This document shows, in pieces, positions 1 to 11,459 of a stretch of 64,000 nt of DNA. Source of the stretch: Patescibacteria group bacterium (lineage in GTDB: Bacteria; Patescibacteriota; Minisyncoccia; Phycocordibacterales; JAKFXT01); assembly GCA_021731245.1 (NCBI GenBank), contig JAKFXT010000002.1:24164-88163 (forward strand), written 5' to 3'. Positions within the stretch are counted from its first letter, which is position 1. Each line of letters opens with the position of its first letter. A program made the translations under genes and the position numbers. The notes below the pieces were generated by a model that searched no databases, was not told the DNA's origin, and saw nothing but the letters and a program-made list of their open reading frames with translations.

Positions 1-2
1 GA

Positions 3-329
3 TTAAATTTGGTAATAAATTTTGCCTACAATAGTATTTTCGGAATATTCATACCGCTTGTTGTTTCTCTTTTGGTACCAGCGACAATAATAAGCTCTAG
101 CGCAGGAGTGGCTTTTATATACTTGGTCTTACTTATGGTTGTCTATTTTATTATTGTTCACATAATCAATCTCGCTTTGTTGTCTTTCGTCTTGAATAAA
201 GAAAATCCTTTTTGGAAATGGGGGATTAAGGTCAATATGATTGAAGCGCTCAAGAGATTTATATTTTCTATTGCATCTGTATTTGCTTATCTTTGTTTGA
301 GTATGGCTTATTTGTTTGTGGTTTTGTAA
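3..329 (+). CDS. Membrane protein, 5'-partial (hypothetical)
   Basis: Frame is open from the window edge; three hydrophobic segments. Confidence 0.6.
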   Translation, partial: LNLVINFAYNSIFGIFIPLVVSLLVPATIISSSAGVAFIYLVLLMVVYFIIVHIINLALLSFVLNKENPFWKWGIKVNMIEALKRFIFSIASVFAYLCLSMAYLFVVL

Positions 330-351
330 ATTATTAATAATAAATAAAATT

Positions 352-612
352 ATGGGAATGGAAGCATTAGATTTTACTAAAGACAAAGAGGGAGAGTCCA
401 ATGAAGTGGACGTATCTTCTGCCAATAAGCTTTTGGAAGATATTAAGGCACTCGAAGGTTCTGGTAATCAAGAAGGACAGGTTGGTTTAGTTGAAGAAAT
501 TAAATTGAAAATCTCAGACTTAGAAGATATACAAAAATTCGCACCAAATTCTCAAAATGTAAGAAAAGCTCTTTCAGAACTACGAGGACACCTTCAACGT
601 CTAACTAACTAG
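352..612 (+). CDS. Small acidic/helical hypothetical protein
   Basis: ORF 316..612; ATG at 352 follows an A/T-rich leader. Confidence 0.55.
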   Translation: MGMEALDFTKDKEGESNEVDVSSANKLLEDIKALEGSGNQEGQVGLVEEIKLKISDLEDIQKFAPNSQNVRKALSELRGHLQRLTN

Positions 613-675
613 GAATTTACTTAAATTCACCCCCAAGCCTAAGGCCCAGCCTTATGGCATGAGGACAGTGGGATT

Positions 676-1584
676 TTATCTCCACTCGAAGGAATCCACG
701 GCCCAGTGTGCTAAGCGGGCAGTGTCGGCAAAGTTCTCATTACTTTTCAATACTACAAATACTAGATAGCCCTTTTTGTTGGGGGCTTCTGTGATGAGGG
801 CTAGGTTTTTCTTAGCATTTGGTGTTTCGCCGGTTTTACCTCCTAAAATAATAAGAGGGAATGAGGAGAATCGTAAAAGTATATTAGTACTCGTTGCAGT
901 TATGCTTTTTGACCTTTCTATATCATAGGCAATGAATTCATCCTGTCGGCTTACTTCTATGATCTTAGGATATTTCTTCTGTATATAAATGATGAGCTTT
1001 GCGACTTCATCCGCGTTAGACATATTACTTTTTTCTTCTTCAAGACCACTTGGATTTACGAAACTTGTATCTTTTAGACCAAGTTCAAATGCTTTGGCAT
1101 TCATTTTGTCTATAAATGCTCTGTATCCGAAAGTATTAGCAAAGCTCTCGGCTGCGTCATTGTTCGATGGGAGCAACATCAGGTGAAGCAGGGAATCATA
1201 GCTCCATTTTTCACCGCCTTTGAAAAGAAATGAAGAATTTCTATCATTTGCGACCGTTTCTGTAATAGTGATTGGCATACTCTTGTTTACATTTTCTTCA
1301 GCGATGAGAGCGGTCATCAGCTTGGTGACGCTTGCAATAAGGCGAATTTCTTTATAATTCTTTTCAAACAAATCTTCTTCATAACTTCCGTCGGTTGAGA
1401 CAAATCTTATTAAAGCGCTCTCAGCTGTAATCTCGGGAATTTCTGTTACCGGTTTCTTGGTGATAGTTATTTCCTCTTTTTCATCTATTGGAGCAGCTTT
1501 CTCTTTAGGAATAAAAATGGCAATCAAAAAGGCTATTATAAAAATAGCGATGAATAGGAGTATTAATTTTTTCAAAAGATACAT
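676..1584 (-). CDS. D-alanyl-D-alanine carboxypeptidase (peptidase S11)
   Basis: N-terminal TM; IASVTKLMT (SxxK), SNN (SxN) and KTG motifs. Confidence 0.9.
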   Translation of the reverse strand: MYLLKKLILLFIAIFIIAFLIAIFIPKEKAAPIDEKEEITITKKPVTEIPEITAESALIRFVSTDGSYEEDLFEKNYKEIRLIASVTKLMTALIAEENVNKSMPITITETVANDRNSSFLFKGGEKWSYDSLLHLMLLPSNNDAAESFANTFGYRAFIDKMNAKAFELGLKDTSFVNPSGLEEEKSNMSNADEVAKLIIYIQKKYPKIIEVSRQDEFIAYDIERSKSITATSTNILLRFSSFPLIILGGKTGETPNAKKNLALITEAPNKKGYLVFVVLKSNENFADTARLAHWAVDSFEWR

Positions 1585-1617
1585 AAGTGTTCCCTTATCG
1601 TATCTCTAGTTTAACCC

Positions 1618-2715
1618 TTAAAAGTTATTTAGTGGAATTACCCAAGAATCCCCAAGCCACTCCCATTTGTCACTCATACCGCCATATATAAACAATTTAT
1701 CTTTAAATATTGTGGCTCTATGATCTTCTCTTGGTGCCCAAGCGCCATCTGGTATTTTGTTCCAATCGCGTCCATTAAAGCTAAACCAAGTATCTGCTGT
1801 GCCTAGATTTGTCTTGGCATCAAGGCCACCAACTAAGAAAAGAATGTTTTTGTAAGAAACAAGGACTTGCCCTTGGATTTTGCCAATCTCTGAATCAGAT
1901 GATACGAGAGTCCAATTTATAGCGTCAGGTGAAGTCCATAAATCATTGAAGCCAACATCTCCTGTGTCCATTCCGCCATATAGAACGAATTTGTTATTAA
2001 AATAAGCGACATCATGATCCCAGCGAGAATGCCACGGAGCGCTTTCTGTCAAAACTTCCCAATCAAAACCGTTCTCACTAACCCAAACATCATTGAATCT
2101 TTTGTGTTGCTCATAATTTACTCCACCGAAGACATACATCTTGCCCTTAGAAACGAGCATACGTCCACCTTCACGCGCACCAAACTCTGGTCCTTTGTCT
2201 TCTTTTTTCCAACTTTTTCCGTCTTCACTTGTCCAAATATTCTTGTTGTAACCAATGGTCGGACCCCAACCACCCATAAGGAAAATTCTCCCTTTGAATG
2301 GAACTATAGACATAGAGCGCATCGGCGGGAGATTAGAGCTTTCTTTTTCGAGAGTCCAATTTATGCCATCTGCGCTTTTCCAAATGTCATTGTAGTATTT
2401 TGCCTTTTCATAATTAGGTAAGCCATTTACAAATGTGCCTGTAGCGTCGAGGCCACCAAATAAATAAAGATTGTCGTTCCACTCATATATTTCATGAGAG
2501 TCACGCTTACCCCAAGGAGAATTTTGGCTTATTTGTGTCCAAGATAGATTTTCTACACCACTTCTTTCTAATCCTTCTATTGACGCTAATAATCTCTCTG
2601 ACTCTATTTCATAGGTTAGAGATTTATCACTTGAGATGACGAAAATAATAGCAAAAGCTACTACTATGAAAAATAGTCCGTTTACAGAAACTTTGTGGGG
2701 GATTGGTTGGTGCAT
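1618..2715 (-). CDS. Membrane-anchored Kelch/beta-propeller repeat protein
   Basis: N-terminal TM; about six repeats of (L/Y/F)GG...ND(I/V/L)W.S.DG..W. Confidence 0.85.
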   Translation of the reverse strand: MHQPIPHKVSVNGLFFIVVAFAIIFVISSDKSLTYEIESERLLASIEGLERSGVENLSWTQISQNSPWGKRDSHEIYEWNDNLYLFGGLDATGTFVNGLPNYEKAKYYNDIWKSADGINWTLEKESSNLPPMRSMSIVPFKGRIFLMGGWGPTIGYNKNIWTSEDGKSWKKEDKGPEFGAREGGRMLVSKGKMYVFGGVNYEQHKRFNDVWVSENGFDWEVLTESAPWHSRWDHDVAYFNNKFVLYGGMDTGDVGFNDLWTSPDAINWTLVSSDSEIGKIQGQVLVSYKNILFLVGGLDAKTNLGTADTWFSFNGRDWNKIPDGAWAPREDHRATIFKDKLFIYGGMSDKWEWLGDSWVIPLNNF

Positions 2716-2716
2716 T

Positions 2717-3262
2717 TTAATTTTTGTTTAAAAACTCAATCATTTTTTCTAATGCTATTTTACGCATTGATGTTTTATGTTTTTCGTCATCTGTCATTTC
2801 TGCCCATGTTTTGTCATATCCTTTTGGTATAAAAATCGAGTCCCATCCAAAACCCGCTTCTCCTTTGGGTGTTTTTGCAATAGTACCTTCCATTGAACCA
2901 TTGAATGTGTGTACTTCCTTGCCGTCATAAATAGCAAACTGTACTTCAGCAAATGCATTTCTATCATGAGAACCTGCTAATAATCCACAGAGGCCCTCGT
3001 TACCCAAGGTATCCAAGAACCATCTTATTAATGGCCCTGGAAGAGCCTTAAGGGTGACGAAAGTCAGAGAGACATCTTCAACTAACACTGGTGATTTTAC
3101 TATTTCGTAAGCTCGTCTAGCCTTATCTTGGACTACTTCTTTTAGGTCAAGAGACTGTATTTCTTTTAAATCCAGTTTTTTATGTTCAACAGGTAAATGG
3201 AAATAATCACTCAAATATTTTGCTTTTCCTGCATTTCCCGTTATAAAAGTAAGTTTTTCCAT
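2717..3262 (-). CDS. Non-canonical purine NTP pyrophosphatase (Ham1/RdgB/ITPase)
   Basis: FITGNAGK, VEDVSL, LPGP, GFGWDSIF, EK..SMR motifs; start moved to MEKLTF because the ORF extension overlaps a tRNA. Confidence 0.9.
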   Translation of the reverse strand: MEKLTFITGNAGKAKYLSDYFHLPVEHKKLDLKEIQSLDLKEVVQDKARRAYEIVKSPVLVEDVSLTFVTLKALPGPLIRWFLDTLGNEGLCGLLAGSHDRNAFAEVQFAIYDGKEVHTFNGSMEGTIAKTPKGEAGFGWDSIFIPKGYDKTWAEMTDDEKHKTSMRKIALEKMIEFLNKN

Positions 3263-3274
3263 AATTTTTCGCAC

Positions 3275-3348
3275 TGGTGGACCTATGGGGAATCGGACCC
3301 CAAATTCGATCATGCCATGATCGCGTATTACCACTATACTATAGGCCC
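3275..3348 (-). tRNA. tRNA-Ala(GGC)
   Basis: GGGCCTA/TAGGTCC acceptor with G3:U70, discriminator A plus encoded CCA, anticodon arm CGATC-ATGGCAT-GATCG, T arm GGGG-TCCGATT-CCCC. Confidence 0.93.
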
Positions 3349-3457
3349 TTGAACAAGCTTTTAGTTTTTAGCTACTAGCTTTTAGGAAAGAGTATACTAG
3401 AAATTATTACCTTTCAAATACTTGACTTGAAAGTATTAGGGGGGAGATAATTAGAAT

Positions 3458-3733
3458 ATGAAGAAGAATAAAACAGAAATGAATATGAATGATCTCGCTA
3501 TTATGGTGCAAAGGGGATTTGCTGAAACTGCTACAAAACAAGATTTGCACGAATTAAGGCTGGAAATTAAGGATAACTATGCTACCAAAGCGGAGTTAAG
3601 ATTGGAAATAAAGAATCTTAAAGATGATATAGAGATTATGATGAGTAAGTATATAGGTAGTTTTCGTAAAGATTTCGATGATTTGGCAAAGAGAGTAAGG
3701 AAATTGGAGGATAAGGTTTTTACTAACCGTTAG
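3458..3733 (+). CDS. Small coiled-coil protein with tandem ATK..(E)LRLEIK repeats
   Basis: 91-aa ORF; internal repeat ATKQDLHELRLEIK / ATKAELRLEIK. Confidence 0.75.
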   Translation: MKKNKTEMNMNDLAIMVQRGFAETATKQDLHELRLEIKDNYATKAELRLEIKNLKDDIEIMMSKYIGSFRKDFDDLAKRVRKLEDKVFTNR

Positions 3734-3822
3734 TTATTTTTTGTATGGGAGTAAGGACTCATTGGTACAACGGGTCTTTTTTTTGTGTCTTTTTTAAATA
3801 GTAAATAGTTTTATATTCAGAA

Positions 3823-4122
3823 GTATTCGGACTGAGGATTTGTGAAAGAGCGAGCTTGTCTCCAGATGTTTTGTCGGAACATCTGTAACAACTCTTTTGC
3901 AAAACCAATATGTTTAGAATACGCGGGGCATTGGGTCTTGGTTTAACAATAATAATACTCCAAAACCTTGTGCCAGAGATCTTCGGAGCTTTTAGCAAAA
4001 CTCTTCTCACTTTTTTCAATGTGTTCATTAAGACATTGGAATTAGTTGATTTGAATTCGGTTGCAGATGTGAACCGTTTTCGCTAGAAGTTACATCGTCC
4101 CCGCGCAACTGCCGGGGACTTT
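3823..4122. ncRNA. Putative structured non-coding RNA/leader, family unknown
   Basis: Nested inverted repeats GTATTC/GAATAC, TTTGTGAAAGAG/CTCTTTTGCAAA, CAGATGTT/AACATCTG; CGCGGGG/CCCCGCG; terminator-like GTCCCCG..CGGGGAC-TTT. Confidence 0.4.
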
Positions 4123-4189
4123 CGTATTTAGGGGTTTTTTGCTACAATCTGTCTTGCCCATATAGTGTATTTTGGGCACTTTTTATTGT

Positions 4190-4332
4190 ATGGATCCCGT
4201 AGTAGAAAATGGCATTAGAGGAAGGCGGGGGATACAAAATATTACAATGGAGTCGAATATTAAAAGCAGAATTAATTTGAGTGGTCATATTGCTCTATAA
4301 AAGAGCGATGCCATTTTTCACTACCGGATGGA
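4190..4332 (+). mobile_element. Start-codon hairpin insertion element, copy 1 (before atpB)
   Basis: ATGGA-TCCCGTAGTAGAAAATGGCAT ... ATGCCATTTTTCACTACCGG-ATGGA; imperfect terminal inverted repeats and duplicated ATGGA. Confidence 0.8.
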
Positions 4333-5074
4333 CCATATTCACATATCACTTGCGGCCGAGAAAATAGGCGAAATAGCAGGATTTCCCATAACTAACGCTC
4401 TTTTAATGTCTTTGATTGCGACGGCTATTTTGACCACATTTGCTTTTTTACTCCTAAAAAATATAAAACTTATTCCAAGTCGATTGCAAACGGCAGGAGA
4501 AATGGTGGTAGGAGGGATTTATTCATACACAGCAACAACCTTAGAAAGTGAAACAATGGCTCGTAAGTATTTCCCAATAATAATTACAATTTTCTTTTTT
4601 GTATTAATTTCAAATTTTTTACATTTTCTACCTGGAGTTGGAAGCATTGGATTTTACTCTGAAGATCATGGAGTTAAGGTCTTTGAGCCACTTTTCCGAT
4701 CAGCGAGTACTGACCTTAATGTCACTCTGGCTCTCGCTTTGATTGCTTTCTTTACTATTCAAACAGCTGGTGTAAAAGCTTTGGGACTTTTTTCATATTT
4801 AGGTAAATTTTTCAATTTCAAATCTCCTTTAGGTTTTTTTGTTGGCATGATAGATTTGTTTTCGGAACTCGCTCGTCTTATATCATTTTCTTTCAGATTG
4901 TTCGGTAATATTTTTGCAGGAGAAGTTATTATTGCTGTTATTATATTCTTTGTTCCCGTGATATTGCCGGTTCCCTTGATGGCGTTTGAAGTGTTTGTGG
5001 CACTGATTCAGGCGGCCGTATTTGCTTTACTTACTCTATTTTTTATTAAAGTAGCAGTAACGGAGCATCATTAG
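4328..5074 (+). CDS. atpB: F0F1 ATP synthase subunit a
   Basis: SFSFRLFGNIFAGE and IQAAVF motifs; operon position. Confidence 0.97.
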   Translation: MDHIHISLAAEKIGEIAGFPITNALLMSLIATAILTTFAFLLLKNIKLIPSRLQTAGEMVVGGIYSYTATTLESETMARKYFPIIITIFFFVLISNFLHFLPGVGSIGFYSEDHGVKVFEPLFRSASTDLNVTLALALIAFFTIQTAGVKALGLFSYLGKFFNFKSPLGFFVGMIDLFSELARLISFSFRLFGNIFAGEVIIAVIIFFVPVILPVPLMAFEVFVALIQAAVFALLTLFFIKVAVTEHH

Positions 5075-5092
5075 AAGGTCGATTATTATTAT

Positions 5093-5124
5093 TTCCGCCA
5101 TAGGCGGACCAGCTTGTGGCTGGA
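5093..5124. repeat. Tandem short GC hairpins in the atpB-atpE spacer
   Basis: TCCGCC-ATA-GGCGGA followed by CCAGC-TTGTG-GCTGG. Confidence 0.6.
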
Positions 5125-5129
5125 GTTAA

Positions 5130-5369
<240 letters not shown>

Positions 5370-5400
5370 TTAAGTAAAATAGTCAGATTAAAAAATAAAA

Positions 5401-5543
5401 ATGGAATCCTGTAGTAGAAAATGGCATTAGAGAGAAAGTGAAAATATAAAAAATTATGTTAAAGTCGAATATTAGTAATTTAATTAAAATAAACTGGTAA
5501 CAGCTCTCTAAAGAGCGATGCCATTTTTCACTACGGGATGGAA
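5401..5543 (+). mobile_element. Start-codon hairpin insertion element, copy 2 (before atpF)
   Basis: ATGGAA-TCCTGTAGTAGAAAATGGCAT ... ATGCCATTTTTCACTACGGG-ATGGAA. Confidence 0.8.
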
Positions 5544-5984
5544 GAATTAGCTAAAGTATTTGGTGTAGATTGGAAGCTCCTTTTGGTGCAGCTAATTAAC
5601 TTTGGTATTTTGCTTTTCATTTTGCAAAGGTTTCTTTATAAGCCACTACTTAAAATAATTGATGATAGGAAAGCTATTGTTGAAAAAGGAGTGGGGGATG
5701 CAGAGGAAGCGAAGGTTGCATTAGAGAAAGCCGGAGAAGAAAGTAGTTTAATAGTTGATGGCGCTAAAAAGGAGGCGCGCGACTATTTAAACACTACTAA
5801 GAATGACGCCGCTTTAATTAAAGAAAAGATTATGGCGGATGTAGAAAAGGAGAAAGAGAGAGTGTTAAAAGAAGCGGCAATTTCTGCAAAGAGAATGGAG
5901 GAAGAGGCGATTTTGAAATCAAAAGAATCAATTTCTAAAATGGCTGTTCTCGCAGCAGAAAAGATATTGAAGGAGAAACACTAG
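5538..5984 (+). CDS. atpF: F0F1 ATP synthase subunit b
   Basis: QLINFGIL...LYKPL..IIDDR, TM followed by coiled coil. Confidence 0.95.
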   Translation: MEELAKVFGVDWKLLLVQLINFGILLFILQRFLYKPLLKIIDDRKAIVEKGVGDAEEAKVALEKAGEESSLIVDGAKKEARDYLNTTKNDAALIKEKIMADVEKEKERVLKEAAISAKRMEEEAILKSKESISKMAVLAAEKILKEKH

Positions 5985-5985
5985 T

Positions 5986-6369
5986 ATGAATAAATATCTT
6001 TTAGCTGATGCTCTAATAATGAAAGGAAAGGAATCCGCGAGCTCACTCGAGCATTTCCTCACTAAGTTGAATTCTTATTTGAAGGAAACACATAGAGAGA
6101 AACTTCTTAAAGATACACTCCTACTTTTAAAGTCAAAAAGAATTAAGTCACAAAATAATGCCAAAATTCTAAGCTCTAAAGAACTTACTGAAAAAGAAAT
6201 AAAAAATATAAAAGAAAAGCACGAAGATATTTTAAAAGAAAAGAATTTGATTTACGAAATAGATAAAGATTTAATCGGAGGGTACAGAATTGAGACGATA
6301 AACACTAGAGTGGACACCACATATAAAAGAGAACTCAGTGATTTGTACCAGCTTATGAGTAAAGAGTAA
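5986..6369 (+). CDS. atpH: ATP synthase subunit delta (short form)
   Basis: IDKDLIGGYRI...VDTT OSCP C-terminal motif; operon position. Confidence 0.85.
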   Translation: MNKYLLADALIMKGKESASSLEHFLTKLNSYLKETHREKLLKDTLLLLKSKRIKSQNNAKILSSKELTEKEIKNIKEKHEDILKEKNLIYEIDKDLIGGYRIETINTRVDTTYKRELSDLYQLMSKE

Positions 6370-6373
6370 AAAT

Positions 6374-6515
6374 ATGGATCCCGTAGTAGAAAATGGCATT
6401 AGAGAATGGTAGAAAATATAAAATATTATGATAAGGTCAAACATTAGTAATTTAATTAAAATAAACTGGTAACTTGCTCCAAAAGAGCGATGCCATTTTT
6501 CACTACAGGATGGAT
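6374..6515 (+). mobile_element. Start-codon hairpin insertion element, copy 3 (before atpA)
   Basis: ATGGA-TCCCGTAGTAGAAAATGGCAT ... ATGCCATTTTTCACTACAGG-ATGGA. Confidence 0.8.
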
Positions 6516-8051
6516 GATAAATTAATACAAAAAATAATAGATAAAATAGAACACTTCACTCCTACGAGTGGGAATAAGGAAGTGGGCTCTGTTATTACCG
6601 TTGGAGACGGTGTGGCTGAAATAGAAGGCTTGAGTGGCGCCATTATGTCTGAAATGGTGCTCTTTTTGGAAAATGACAATAAGTCGCTTGAAGAAAATTT
6701 AAAAAATAAGAAACAACTTTTTGGTCTCGTTCTTAACTTGGAAGAGCGAAGTGTGCGCGTGATTATTTTGGGAGACTCCAGTCGTGTGAAAGAAGGAATG
6801 AAAGTAGAAAGATTACACAAAGTTCTTTCTATTCCTGTTGGTGAAGGATTTTTAGGAAGAGTGGTAAATACTTTAGGAGAACCGCTTGATGGTAAAGGTC
6901 CTATTAAAGAAAGTGCAGTTTATCCGATTGAGAGAGACGCATATGGAGTTATTGATAGACAATCAGTGAACACCCCACTTCACACCGGATTAAAAGCAAT
7001 TGATGGAATGGTTCCGATTGGTCGCGGACAAAGAGAGTTGATAATTGGAGACAGAGGATCCGGAAAGACGGCAATTGCAATTGATGCGATTATAAATCAG
7101 AAACACGAAGAGGAGAGCAATAGACCAATTTGTATTTATGTTGCTATTGGTCAAAAAGAATCAAAGACAGCGCGCCTTGTAAAAGAATTAGAAGAAAAAG
7201 GTGCTTTGCAATACTCAATTATTATTTCAGCGGGAGCAAGTAATCCCGCCGCTCTTCAATTCCTAGCGCCTTACGCTGGGGCAACTATGGGAGAGTATTT
7301 TATGGAGAAAGGGAAAGACGCTCTAGTTATTTATGATGATTTGTCTAAACAAGCTGTAGCTTACAGACAATTGGCTTTGATTTTGAGACGCCCACCAGGA
7401 CGCGAAGCATATCCAGGAGATGTGTTTTATCTACACTCAAGATTGTTGGAGCGCGCAGCCAAACTTTCTAAAGAAAAAGGAGGAGGCTCTCTTACAGCAC
7501 TTCCTATTATTGAAACTCAAGAAGGTGATGTGTCAGCCTATATTCCGACAAACGTAATCTCTATTACTGACGGACAAATTTATCTTGATATGGATTTGTT
7601 TAACAAAGGATTGAAACCGGCAATTAATGTGGGAATTTCTGTGACACGCGTTGGAAGTGCGGCGCAAACAAAAGCTATGAAAAAAGTAGCGGCAAAAATT
7701 CGTCTAGAGCTTGCACAATTCCGCGAACTTGAAGCGTTTATGCAATTCTCACAAGACTTGGATGCGGAAACCAAAGCACGTATTGATAAAGGACGCAGGC
7801 TTTCTGAAATTCTAACTCAATATAAATTGGAGCCAGTTCCATTTGAAACACAGGTTGCTGTGATTTATGCTGGAGTATCTGGTTATTTTGATAAAACTCC
7901 AATTGAAGAAGTGCGAGACACTGAAAAGAATTTACAAATGCACCTTGAGTCACGTGGGAAGGATGTTCTAAAAGCTATACGCGAAACTAGAGATTTGTCA
8001 GCTGAAACTGAAACGGCATTGAAAGCTACTTTGACTCAATTCTTCTCATAA
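6510..8051 (+). CDS. atpA: F0F1 ATP synthase subunit alpha
   Basis: [17 protein letters not shown] and [20 protein letters not shown]; start moved to the ATG at 6510 after the element. Confidence 0.98.
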   Translation: MDDKLIQKIIDKIEHFTPTSGNKEVGSVITVGDGVAEIEGLSGAIMSEMVLFLENDNKSLEENLKNKKQLFGLVLNLEERSVRVIILGDSSRVKEGMKVERLHKVLSIPVGEGFLGRVVNTLGEPLDGKGPIKESAVYPIERDAYGVIDRQSVNTPLHTGLKAIDGMVPIGRGQRELIIGDRGSGKTAIAIDAIINQKHEEESNRPICIYVAIGQKESKTARLVKELEEKGALQYSIIISAGASNPAALQFLAPYAGATMGEYFMEKGKDALVIYDDLSKQAVAYRQLALILRRPPGREAYPGDVFYLHSRLLERAAKLSKEKGGGSLTALPIIETQEGDVSAYIPTNVISITDGQIYLDMDLFNKGLKPAINVGISVTRVGSAAQTKAMKKVAAKIRLELAQFRELEAFMQFSQDLDAETKARIDKGRRLSEILTQYKLEPVPFETQVAVIYAGVSGYFDKTPIEEVRDTEKNLQMHLESRGKDVLKAIRETRDLSAETETALKATLTQFFS

Positions 8052-8054
8052 AAT

Positions 8055-10356
<2,302 letters not shown>

Positions 10357-10358
10357 AA

Positions 10359-10589
10359 ATGTTTACACTGACTATTACAAATGTTGAGAATGTGCTTTTT
10401 CATGGACAAGCCAAGTCTGTGACAGTGCCAGGAAGTGAGGGAGAAATGACAATACTTCCAAATCATATTTCACTTGTAAGTGGATTAAAAAATGGACAAA
10501 TAACAGTAAGAGGAGAAGAAGATTCTTTTTTCAAAATAGAAAAAGGCGTGATCAAAGTTTCTCCAGAGGAAGTGCTTATCTTGGTGTAG
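10359..10589 (+). CDS. atpC: ATP synthase subunit epsilon, N-terminal domain only
   Basis: VPGSEGEMTILPNH motif; 76 aa; last gene of the operon. Confidence 0.9.
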   Translation: MFTLTITNVENVLFHGQAKSVTVPGSEGEMTILPNHISLVSGLKNGQITVRGEEDSFFKIEKGVIKVSPEEVLILV

Positions 10590-10614
10590 TTTTTCTGCTA
10601 AAATTATCTGTATT

Positions 10615-10839
10615 ATGTTACAGAATTTTTTATTCAAATCACTTTTAAAGAGTAAGTTAAAAGATGTGCCTGCTGAACAGCAAGAAAAGATTTTTTCTGC
10701 GATTGAGAAAAACCCTGATTTATTTACAACAATAGCTAAAAAAATTGAAGAGAAAGTAAAAAGTGGTCAAAGCCAGCAAGAAGCTGCTATGAGTGTAATG
10801 ATGGAACATCAAACAGAAATTGGAGAAATGATGAAATAG
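10615..10839 (+). CDS. Small hypothetical protein
   Basis: 74-aa ORF with TAAAAT directly upstream. Confidence 0.75.
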   Translation: MLQNFLFKSLLKSKLKDVPAEQQEKIFSAIEKNPDLFTTIAKKIEEKVKSGQSQQEAAMSVMMEHQTEIGEMMK

Positions 10840-10841
10840 TT

Positions 10842-11432
10842 ATGGTTAATAAGAAAAAGATACTAGTTCTTTTGGGCCACCCAGATTGGGATTCTATGTG
10901 TGGTTATCTCGCTACTCGTTATCAAGAGGGCGCGGAAGAAGCTGGACATGAAGTAAGAAGAGTAAATATTGGGGACATACAATTTGATCCAATTTTGCAC
11001 AAAGGATATAAGGTGATTCAAGCGCTTGAGCCAGATTTGATTTCATTACAAAAAGATTTTAATTGGGCAGATCATATTGTCGTTTTGTATCCAAATTGGT
11101 GGAGTACAATGCCTGCAAAACTTAAAGGACTTTTCGATAGGTTCTTTCTACCTGGTTTTGCTTTCAGAATAAATAAAGGAACAATAATTCCTTCTTGGCA
11201 GAAATTACTAAAAGGGAAAACAGGAAGAATAATAATAACGATGGACAGTATTCCAATTCTTATAAGAATTTTCGTGGGAGATTATAGTAATGAAATAAGA
11301 CGAGGTATTTTTTGGTATTCAGGTATTTGGCCAACGAAAGTGACTCCTATTGGTCCTATTCAAACAATGGGACCAGAAAAAAGAACCGCTTGGGGAGACA
11401 AAATAGCTCAGTTTGGCAAAGAAGCAAAGTAA
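10842..11432 (+). CDS. NAD(P)H-dependent oxidoreductase (flavodoxin-like fold, MdaB/KefF family)
   Basis: LGHP, WADHIV..YPNWW..MPA.LKG.FDR. Confidence 0.9.
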   Translation: MVNKKKILVLLGHPDWDSMCGYLATRYQEGAEEAGHEVRRVNIGDIQFDPILHKGYKVIQALEPDLISLQKDFNWADHIVVLYPNWWSTMPAKLKGLFDRFFLPGFAFRINKGTIIPSWQKLLKGKTGRIIITMDSIPILIRIFVGDYSNEIRRGIFWYSGIWPTKVTPIGPIQTMGPEKRTAWGDKIAQFGKEAK

Positions 11433-11459
11433 ATAAGTTTGTGATATAAATCGACCTCT

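Noticed and set aside
3263-3334. N-terminal extension of the ITPase ORF
   Set aside because: Overlaps tRNA-Ala; the family begins at MEKLTFITGN.
3759-4028. 89-aa minus-strand ORF in the structured region
   Set aside because: No recognisable motif; the region is better explained by RNA-like pairing, though coding is not excluded.
4190-4300. Leader peptides encoded by the atp elements (e.g. 36-aa MDPVVENGIR...)
   Set aside because: Frames and stop positions differ among the three copies (36, 9 and 12 codons), so there is no conserved peptide.
6474-6509. N-terminal extension [12 protein letters not shown] of AtpA in the ORF track
   Set aside because: It is the translated right arm of the hairpin element; the real start is ATG 6510.
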